DNA of 64,000 nt from the human T2T-CHM13v2.0 reference genome, Homo sapiens: the NCBI RefSeq assembly GCF_009914755.1, contig NC_060935.1. One strand, written 5' to 3'. This document shows, piece after piece, positions 51,818 to 64,000 of the stretch; the stretch's first letter is position 1; the number at the start of each line of letters is the position of its first letter. The notes beneath the pieces are model-generated. The model did no database searches and was not told the DNA's origin. It saw only the letters and a list, made by a program, of their open reading frames with translations. A program made the position numbers and the translations under genes.

Positions 51818-52210
51818 GCACAGAAAAACAAATATCACACTTTCTCACTCATATGTAGGAGCTAAAAAAAGTGGATCTCATGGAGGTAGACAATAGAATG
51901 GTGGTTGCCAGAGACTGAGAATGGAAGCAGGGAGGGAGGATGAAGAGAAGTTCGTGAAGACGTGCAAAAATACAGTTAGATAGGTGGAATAAGTTCTAGT
52001 GTTCAATAGTAGAGTGGGGAAATTACAGTAACAATAATTGATCGTATATTTCAAAGTAGCTAGAAGAGAAGAATTGTAATGTTCCCAACACAAAGATAAA
52101 TATTTGAGGTGATGGATATTCCAATTACCCCGTTTGATCATTACACATGTATACAGCTATCAAAATATCACATGTACCCCCCAAATATGTATAACCATTA
52201 TATAAAAATT
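51818..52210 (+). mobile_element. L1MA-type 3' end
   Basis: ttctcactcatatgtaggagc..aataagttctagtgttc..atatcacatgtacccc. Confidence 0.85.
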
Positions 52211-52297
52211 TGTTTTAAATATTGCTTTCTGTGTTATGCAGAGACTGTTTTTCTGGCTTTAGCAGAAAGAGTGTAGACTCCAAATAAATTGAACTGT

Positions 52298-52775
<478 letters not shown>

Positions 52776-52941
52776 CTAATGCAATAAAATGGTTTTGTTT
52801 GAGTGGACACTTGACCACTTGTATGTCCTTAAAATATATCCCAGCCCAGGATTCACATACACTCTTAAATGGGTGGTGACTGTTTCTTAAGGAAAGGTCT
52901 TGTATTTTTTTTCAAGACTGCTTTGAAAAATTCCTGCCAAA

Positions 52942-52943
<2 letters not shown>

Positions 52944-53010
<67 letters not shown>

Positions 53011-53018
53011 ACACACAC
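52944..53018. repeat. (CT)n(CA)n compound microsatellite
   Basis: Seen directly. Confidence 0.97.
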
Positions 53019-53296
53019 CCTGTAAGTCCTTCTTTTCAACAATGATTCCAGAGTTTTCAGAGCTATTGGTATAGGAAGTGAAAGTTTTAGGTTCTACATG
53101 AATAAGGATTTAAACATCTTTTGTGTTTATTTATAAGTGAGGGATAAATATATATAAATAGTACAATACACATTGTTATGTAACAAAAAGTGAGTGAGTT
53201 GAATTTAAGAAAAATGTTAAGTAAATAATATCAATAACTGAGATAAAATATAAGTCATGAAGGTTGTTCATGAATAATGCAAGTTTGGAAATTTTA

Positions 53297-53618
<322 letters not shown>

Positions 53619-54167
53619 CTATTTTCTATATTTTATACAATCTTGACCAGGTATCAATATCAGCAGTTTGCATAAAACGCTTCATTTATAAAAAGTGTGT
53701 ATGGTCTTGAACAACATTAGATGAATGAATGAAGGAATGTCCAATGACATAATGTTCTGCAATCAATGAATGCTAAACATGTGCTATATGCTTAGCACCA
53801 CATGAGAAAATGCAATGCAATATCTAGCTGAATAAGTTACTCTCTTTGAGGACCTATCCTGGTAGAGGTGGAGCAACAAGTCCTATGATATCGCAGAGTG
53901 ATAACTGCTGTAATTGGGGTGGGCACAAAGCCAGTACAGAGCATGAAACATGGAATAATTTTTCCTTCTTGGAGGAGGGTGGGGGAAAGTATATATCAGA
54001 ATTAAGCTTCATTTGACAGGAGACACTTGGCTGAAATTTGAAGATTCTGAGAATTTGTCTAGGTGCACAAAATTAGCCTCTGCCTTGATGAATTAAAGCT
54101 GGCTATCTTGCCAAACTTATCTTAAATGTGGAGAATAAAAACTTAAGCAATGATTAAAATAGAGCTA

Positions 54168-54515
<348 letters not shown>

Positions 54516-55631
54516 TTAAGCAATTCCTGTTTGTGTTCAAACTTTAACCCTACTGGGGATGGTCAAGTTGAAAGCTAAGTTATCCTCTTGGGGCTTTACT
54601 GAACCAAATTAGGCAGGGAATTCTCCAGAAATGATATGAGAAGGAGAGAGAGTTGAGAAAGAACCTACAATGAAAGCCCCACCGCCTTCTCTTTTGAAGC
54701 AGCAGCAGGAAAGGACTAACAGAATCTAAATGTGTGCTTCCCTCGGTGAAAGGCGGTTTATCGAGATTTGACTCCATGGTTCCCAAGATAGTAAAGGAGA
54801 AGATTCTACCTCGGGCTCTACTCAGTTTCTGGTAAGGATGTGATCATCAGCCTCTCTGGGCAGGAGACAAGGAAGGGTAAAGGGAAGACTGGGCTGATTG
54901 GGCTGTTATGTGGTCTAAACCCTGGGGAATGGACCAGTGAACCCTATGGGCTTTGGGATTTCCTAACCCTGTGAGGGACTTCCTGGTGTGGAGTTACAAA
55001 TGAATTGAAACATTTACAGTAGTTTAACCGCCTGGAGCTAATGAAGTGACATTATATGCTAATGATACTAACAACAAGTAAGTCTTCAAAACAGACATTA
55101 TGAGTGGCATCAATAAATGGTGAACTAGGGGGTCCCAGGCCTCACTCCCCCCACAGAAAGGTCAACTAGCAACTATCCACAGACAAAAACACTTTGGTAA
55201 AAACCCCAAAATATGGGACCCAGGTGGTCTAGCTGTGAAGTTTCTCCCTATATCCCCTGTTTCCCAAGAGGTGGGAAAAGGGAACCAAGGAGGCAACATT
55301 CAGCCTCCCTAGCACATCCTGAGACATTTCCCAGCAAGCTCACTTCATAGTATTAATGATTATTGCTAACATTTATGAAGAGCTGACTGGGAGCCAGATA
55401 CACTTATTCTCACAACAAGTTTTTTGAGCTGCGTCCTACCGTTATATTTATAGATAAAGAAGTTGCAGCAGAAATCTTCAACAGGTTATCCGAGGTCATA
55501 CTCTTGGTCAATCAGCCCAGGAATTAGAACCTAGACTAGAGGCTGTACTCTTGACAACCAGGCAAGAGATAGAAGTAGAGGGCTTTGTGGTCTGGGAATG
55601 GTATAGTGTGTTTTAAATTTCAGTGCTGACT

Positions 55632-55783
55632 CAAAGAGGTATTTGTGCACCAATGTTCCTAGCAGCATTATTCAAAATAGCTAAAAAGTGGAAATAGTTC
55701 AGTGTCCATGAGCAGAAGAATGGGTAAACAAAAGGTAGCATATACATACAATGGAGTATTATTCAGCCTTTAAAAGAATGCAG
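55632..55783 (+). mobile_element. L1 ORF2 3' fragment
   Basis: aatgttcctagcagcattattc..caatggagtattattcagcctttaaaag. Confidence 0.8.
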
Positions 55784-55784
55784 T

Positions 55785-56096
55785 TTTGTTTGTTTGTTTG
55801 TTTGTTTGTTTTTTAAAGGCAGGGTCTCACTTTGTCACCCAGGCTGGAATGCAATGGCTCAATCTCGGCTCACTGCAACTCCACCTCCTGGGTTCAAGCA
55901 ATTCTCCCGCCTCAGCCTCCCTAGAAGCTGGGATTACAGGGGCATGCCACCACACCCATCTAATTTTTGTATTCTTAGTAGAGATGGGGTTTCACCATGT
56001 TGACCAGGCTGGTCTTGAACTCCTGACCTCAGGTGATCCACCCGCCTCTGCCTCCCAAAATGCTGGGATTACAGGCATGAGCTACCGTGCCCAGCC
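55785..56096 (-). mobile_element. AluS abutting the OR pseudogene
   Basis: Antisense Alu; no TSD visible. Confidence 0.95.
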
Positions 56097-56863
56097 TCCA
56101 TGTACTTCTTCCTGACAAACTTTGCAGGTCTGGAGATCTTCTACTTTTTCACCATTGCCCCTCTGACTCTGGCCAATGTCCTACCCATGGGGAGAAACCT
56201 CATTTCCCTGCCCGGCTGTGGAGGCCAGATGTTCTTCTTCATCTTCCTGGGAAGGGCTGACTGCATCCTGCTGGCCGTCATGGCCTTTGACTGGTTTGTG
56301 GCCATCTGTTGTCCTCTCTGTTACGGCCTCATCATGAGCTGGAGGTTGTGTGTCCAGCTGACCCTGGGGTCTCTGCTGTTGGGGTTCTTCTTAGCCATGC
56401 AGCTGACCGTGCTTATCTTCCAACTCCCTTTATGCAGCAGCAAAGAAATCAGCACGTTCTACTGTGATGTCCTCCCTGTCATGAGACTGGCCTGTGCAGA
56501 TACCTGGGTCCATGAGGCCACTATGTCTATGGTCAGCACCACCTTTCTCACCGTCCCCTTCCTGCTCATCACTCTTTCCTATGTCTCCATCATGGCCGCC
56601 ATCTTGAAGATTTGCTCTGCAGAGGGGAGGCACAAGGCCTTCTCCACCTTTCCTCCCACCTGACTGTGGTTCTCCTCCAGGACTGATGTACACGCCTCGC
56701 CTTCTTGTGTCCCAGCTCTAGCTACTATCCTGAGAGGGGCCAGGCAGTGTCTGTGGTTTACACCTTCATTACCCCTGTGCTGAACCCTTTGATCTACAGC
56801 ATGAGGAACACAGAACTTAAGGATGCTTTGAAGAGAGCAATGACGAGGGTCCCGCTGCTCTAA
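56097..56863 (+). pseudogene. OR10V2P: Olfactory receptor pseudogene lacking N-terminus/TM1 (probably OR10V2P)
   Basis: Starts at (P)MYFFL; MAFDWF; 1-bp deletion after KAFST; in-frame TGA; ends NPLIYSMRNTELKDALKRAMTRVPLL*; close to OR10V1; symbol from recalled gene order. Confidence 0.85.
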
Positions 56864-57132
56864 ACACATGCCACTCTTCAATACTGCTGGGCAGAGACAC
56901 ATGGCATACTGCCAGAAAGATAAGGAGAAGGGGCACAACAGTTGATTGTGTTTTATACTGTTAGTTCTTAGTTATATTATTTTTGAAAAGTCATTTTCCA
57001 TTTCCCAGCCTCAGGTTCTTCACCTCCAAAATAGAGATTAAACTACCTGCAGGATCTAAATTCTGGGGGTACTTCTGAGGATCAATAGATATATTAAGTG
57101 AAAGTACTTTGTGACTTTTAAAGGGAGATATG

Positions 57133-57426
57133 GGCGGGGCACAGTGGCTCACGCCTGTAATCCCAGCACTTTAGGAGGCTGAGGTGGGTGGATCACCTGA
57201 GGTCAGGAGTTCAAAACCAGCCTGGCCAACCTGGTGAAACCCTGTCTCTACTAAAAATACAAAAATTAGCCTGGCATGGTGGCGGGTGCCTATAATCCCA
57301 GCTACGTGGGAGGATGAGGCAGGAGAATCACCAGGAGGCAGAGGCTGCAGTGAGCCAAGATTGCACCACTGCACTCCAGCCTGGACAACAAGAGTGAGAC
57401 TCCATCTAAAAAAAAAAAAAAAAAAA
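57133..57426 (+). mobile_element. AluS
   Basis: TSD aaaagggagatatgg. Confidence 0.95.
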
Positions 57427-57701
57427 GGGAGATATGGCAGTAAATGTGGTTATTGCCATCTTCATCATCATGTAAAATCTGCCCTACCTTGGATTTATCT
57501 CCAGATGTTGTTCTCAGGTTCTCAGCAGGCCCAAACAGTGCACACGTGGGGCTAAGCCAGGAATAGGATTCAAATGAAACTGGGACCACTGAGTTTGTGC
57601 TTTTTTTTGAATTAATAATCTTTCATCCTAATTTCTATTCCAGGGAAAGGTGATGGAGAAAATATCGGAGTCTTGGAGTTTCGGTAGCTTCTCTATTCTT
57701 G

Positions 57702-58036
<335 letters not shown>

Positions 58037-58474
58037 TGAATCACTGGCTCTGTATCAGTCTGCCTCCAAACTGTTCTCCCCACGACTATTCATTCCCCTC
58101 CCCTTTCTCCCGCAAATGTGTGGTCATGATTCCCTAAGCTGAGGGATTTATTTTGCGATGTTTTCCAAACTCTTTTTTCTTTGGAGGACGTCTTGAAGTG
58201 GGTTGTGTTGTTGAACTTATGTTGATAAATGCAGCATTATGTTGGAGAATGCTGAACTTATGTTGGAAAATGCTGACTCTGAATACCAAGATGGTTATTA
58301 TTTTATCTGTGAATGAAATATTCCAGGCATTTCTCAGTTTCCCGTGCTCTCTGAAAAAGCAGTGCAGTTATAAAGGGTTAGCAGACTTTTTTTCAAGTTA
58401 TTGAATTACGGAATTAACAATTCTCGTATATATTAACTCACTTATCTTCACAAAAACCCATGAAATGGGTACTA

Positions 58475-58843
<369 letters not shown>

Positions 58844-59265
58844 TAAATCAATTGCCAAAGGTCACACAACCATTAGTGGTAGAACTGAGATTTGACCTGG
58901 GTAGTTTGGCTCCACAGCCTGGGCAGGCAACCACTGCCTTTTGCAGCATGTCTATCAGCATGCTATGTGAGCTTGGGAAAATCATCTTATTTCTCTGTAC
59001 TTAATTTAATTTATAATAAAATGGGGATAATAATATGTACCCTAACTCCCTCCCTGAGTGATTGTGAGATATCAGGACAAAACAAAGTTATAAAAGTGCA
59101 GTAAAATTCAGTATGGCTATTCAAACATTCAAACGAGGAAATACATTAGATGGCTTATTTCTTTAATTACAAGGAGTTTAAAGCCACAATTATCCAATTG
59201 CCCTTTATCTGTGCTTCATTATAAATATCCTGTTCCTCTTTTTAAAGGAATAGATATACTTTTAA

Positions 59266-59808
<543 letters not shown>

Positions 59809-59817
59809 GACAAAGAA

Positions 59818-59989
59818 TTCTTATTATTATTATACTTTAAGTTTTAGCGTACATGTACATAACGTGCAGGTTTGTTACATATGTATACATGTGCCATGTT
59901 GGTGTGCTGCACCCATTAACTCGTCACTTAGCATTAGGTATATCTCCTAATGCTATCCCTCCCCGTTCCCCCACCCCACAACAGTCCCC
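59818..59989 (-). mobile_element. Young L1PA 3' fragment (~170 bp)
   Basis: ttatactttaagttttagcgtacatgt..; TSD GACAAAGAA at 59809-59817 and 59990-59998. Confidence 0.92.
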
Positions 59990-60262
59990 GACAAAGAAAT
60001 TTTAACACAGTTGAAACTGTACAACTATGGAAGGTGCCACCTTGGGAATGTCTGGAAAAACTAAAAAAGTTAAAATGGCAAAAACTCCAAAAATTATTGG
60101 GTGTCCTGTGGCATGCTAGGCCTTATCTAAAGCACCTTTCTGGATTACCTGATTTTTTAGTGATTTTTGCCTTATAAAATCTTGCAGCTATTTTCCAACT
60201 TGGTAAGTTGTAGAAAATTCATAGGAATGCCAATGATTCTTGTCCATAGAGATGCCTGGTAG

Positions 60263-60621
<359 letters not shown>

Positions 60622-60917
60622 AGTTGTGCATTTATTAACATGTTCGTTTCAGCATTCCTGATTGCCTATATATGTGTGTACACTTTGTGTTTTCCTCTGG
60701 ACAGGGCTAGCTTTACTGGTCTCCTCATTCATTAATGAATTAAAGTCTTTGATGTGTGTGCATTTTATATTTGTAGAGGAGTCATGATTTTACTCTTTTC
60801 AAAACAATTATCCTGTAACAGGAACCCTCTGAGCAGAGGCAGACAGGCCACCCTTGATTCCTGCTGTGGAAAGAGAATTTTTTACTCCAGACCCCAATGG
60901 TCCTTTTCAGATTCCTA

Positions 60918-61331
<414 letters not shown>

Positions 61332-61411
61332 AACCCCCAAACTCCCCAAAAATGTGTTAGGGGAAGGAGGTGGGACAGTGTGTATTTCTGATCTACTCGC
61401 CTTTCCTAGTA

Positions 61412-61430
61412 TGACCACCAGGGGGCGCGG
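61412..61430 (+). promoter_or_regulatory. CTCF binding motif
   Basis: TGACCACCAGGGGGCGCGG contains the consensus core CCACCAGGGGGCGC. Confidence 0.8.
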
Positions 61431-62815
61431 AAGCCCTCCTGGTACTAAGGCGGGGACAACCTGCCCAGCGAGCACAGCGGGCAGAAGGAAGTGTGCCGGA
61501 CGCGAGAGAGAACTACGGCCGAGACCCGCGGGGCCGGCTCAAAGCCCGACCTCTGCCATACGCACCGTATCTTTATGGGAGCCGATGAGGTCAGCAGGGA
61601 GCACGCGTTCAGATGGCAGAAGAGGGCAAAGTACTGCTAGAATTACAAAGATATTTACAGCTTTTTAACCTGAAAGCACAGAGCAGATCCTATTCTTCAG
61701 AATTAAATCTTCGGCTCGCCAGTCCCGTTTATGGATCTCCACTCTGATGAATGTGCCATTTGTTCCCAAGAAGACAAATAGGGTAGGGAGAAGAGGGAGA
61801 GGCGGGGAGAAGACTCGAGATAAAGGGACGATCTGCTTTTCGGAAGCAGAAGCCGCCTGGGAACCACCTGCACACCAAGCAGGCTGCGAGGACGGGGAGC
61901 GCTCCAGTGCAAAGTTCTGTATTTTAAAGCCCCTCCTCGCTCACAGGCTTCACAGCGAACTACGAAGTGGGTACCATCTCTGATTTACAGACACGGGAAC
62001 GGGGTCCTCTTGAGAAACGATGCTTTCCCAAACGTCTGCAAATTGTGAGTGCCAAGTGTCTCCACTGGCACTAACAACATCGAGCTGCTTACGTTTCTCG
62101 GAGCGGTCCCGATTTCCAACAAGCAAAAGATCCAAATTCTCTGACCACCCTGACCGTCCTGTATCTCCAGATCTCCAGGTCTTTCCTCTGGACACCTCCT
62201 CCATCCCCCCACTTTCACTGCCAGCAGCCCTGAGGCTGCGCGGGATCCCGCTACTCGGAATGCCTTCCTCCTGGCGGGATATTTTTAGAACACTCGACTG
62301 CCACCCAATGTAGCCCACATCACATTGTCTTATTTGTTTTCGGGAGCTTGTCCCCGCCTAGCAAGGAGTCGGCTAAGAACTGGATCCTAGCGAGGAGCCC
62401 GGCACAGACAGCGAATGACCGCAGCCAGACAGTCGCTCTTGCTCTTCCTCGGCCCTGCGGCAGGATCCGCCGGTGCAGGGGCCTCTCCCCGGACTCCACG
62501 CGTGTCTGGAGGGCTCTCGGGTTAGGGAAGGGGGCTTTGGAGACGCCCCGGGCGGCCGGGCGGTGGCGGGACGCGGGCCCTTTAAGAAGGAGCGAGGGGC
62601 GCGGCCAGGTAGGGGCGGGTCCAGGGCGGATCAGCGCTGCGCCGGCGCCGGCCCGGGAGCCGGATTTGGAGCGCGAGGCGCCGGTGGGGGCGGAGGGGGC
62701 TGCGCGGCGGAGGCTCCCGTGGCCTCGGACGCTCCTCCTAGCTAGCGGCCGCCGCCCGCCGCCGCCTGCGCCTCCAGCTCCTTCGCCCCGGCGGGCCCGG
62801 CCGCCGCTTCCGGCA

Positions 62816-62868
62816 GCTCACCTGGGAAGCGCTCACCTGGGACGCGCTCACCTGGGACGCGCTACCTG
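62816..62868 (+). repeat. 15-bp tandem repeat (~3.5 copies) in the STX3 5'UTR
   Basis: GCTCACCTGGGAAGC GCTCACCTGGGACGC GCTCACCTGGGACGC GCTACCTG. Confidence 0.95.
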
Positions 62869-62891
62869 CCTCCGGGCGCCTGGGCTTCAGG

Positions 62892-62921
62892 ATGAAGGAC
62901 CGTCTGGAGCAGCTGAAGGCC
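62892..62921 (+). CDS. STX3: Syntaxin-3 first coding exon (MKDRLEQLKA); gene continues past the window
   Basis: Syntaxin N-peptide MKDRLEQLKA followed by the consensus donor GCC|gtgagt at 62922. Confidence 0.95.
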
Positions 62922-64000
62922 GTGAGTTTCGCCGCAGGCGGGGTGCTGCCAGGAGGGGTGCTGCATGGGAGAGGGGCTTCCCTTTGCTCCCCAAGTCGAG
63001 GCTGGAGGGGGGCCCGAGCCGGAGGCTTGCCCTCCCCAAGCCCCCACCGCTTCCCGCGCCGGTTCCGCACCCTCCCCTCCCCTCCCCTGCGGGGTCATGT
63101 GCCCGGTGATTCATCGCTAGGCAATGATTTTCCTGAACGCCTCTAACTCTCCCACCCCGCAAGCTGGACAGTGTCTGTCCAGAGCTGGTTCCCGAAGCGG
63201 GTGCTTGGGCCCGGGAGGTCAGGGGTCCCTTCACCACCTGCCCACTGCTGCCTGGCACTATGCCCAGGACCAGCCTCCTTCTCCCTTTCCTGTTTCTCTC
63301 CTGAGGTGCTACAGGCCTGGCTGCCCCTTCCCCCAGGGAGCAGCTCAGAGCTCTCTGGTGACCTCTGGAGCTGTGAGCCGGTCACATGCTGGGATGGGTC
63401 AGCTCCTCTCCAACCGGTGGTCTGTAATTGTTATCCCCGGGTGTCATTGTCCCCCCCTCCCCCGCCGTATCTTTTGGAACAGCTGTGGTTAGGTCAAAGG
63501 ATCTGAAGGTAGACTACCTCCAGCCTTGGCTGCGCAAAAGCTGTAAAGCCTTAGGTTACTTACTGTGAGTCTCTGTTTCCTTATCTATCAAATGGGAATG
63601 ATCATACCCTAGGAATTTGTTGGGAGGATCAGCTGATACAATGGAACTTGATACAGAAAAGGGTTAACGCATAGGGTTTTAAGCCAGATATTCATTGACT
63701 CATTCAGTACATAATTATTGAGTGTATTCTATGGGGAGGTCCAGTGCTAAGCCTTGGAGATTCAGTGGCACAGGTTCTACCTTAATAGAATTAAAATCTA
63801 GCCCTTGACACTCAAGAGTTTAGTCCATCTACTTTGGAGCTTGTTACAAGTGTAGCAGCTTAGGCCTGAGTCTAGCCCCGCAGAATCAGAATCTAATTAT
63901 TCATCCATTTCCCCAGGTGATTCATGGGCACATTACAGTTTGGGAAGCACTGGACTGGATTAGAACTGGGGTTGTCTCCTGGCTCCACTGCTTACTGGTG

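Larger units (their letters stand above)
62340..63200 (+). promoter_or_regulatory. STX3: STX3 CpG-island promoter and 5'UTR
   Basis: Very GC- and CpG-rich; GC boxes (GGGGCGGG, GGGCGG); TTTAAG at 62581; surrounds exon 1. Confidence 0.9.

Noticed and set aside
56100-56663. 187-aa OR ORF as a functional receptor
   Set aside because: Lacks the N-terminus and TM1, has DRY changed to DWF, and frameshifts before TM6-7
62348-63506. 253-aa and other long ORFs over the CpG island
   Set aside because: Stop-poor GC-rich DNA with low-complexity Pro/Arg/Gly products; the real STX3 exon ends at the donor at 62922, so the 84-aa ORF is intron read-through

Overview
This is primate, almost certainly human, genomic DNA. 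From sequence recall it is 11q12.1: a small OR10-family olfactory receptor cluster followed by the CpG-island promoter and first coding exon of STX3 (MKDRLEQLKA|gtgagt, 62892-62921). The window holds one intact receptor (OR10V1, minus strand, 20202-21131), three plus-strand OR pseudogenes (one full-length, two with the 5' end deleted) and a 3'-truncated 7SK pseudogene. The rest is mostly repeats: about 45 Alus, several L1s, a full-length SVA with TSD, an HML-6/LTR3 LTR, a MER41 LTR with a nested LTR and Alu, a Ricksha MuDR transposon carrying ERVL sequence, and CR1/L2/MIR/MaLR relics. Nearly all short ORFs in the track are Alu, L1 or SVA artefacts. I see no convincing new gene system. The best leads are: two template-switch/fold-back repair scars (13.8-14.8 kb and 27.2 kb); an O/E plus homeodomain promoter between the divergent OR genes; intact tandem GAS sites in MER41; a consensus CTCF site between the OR cluster and STX3; and a 15-bp CACCTG tandem repeat in the STX3 5'UTR. 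Repeat boundaries are read by eye and approximate. Gene and subfamily names come from memory, not a database search.
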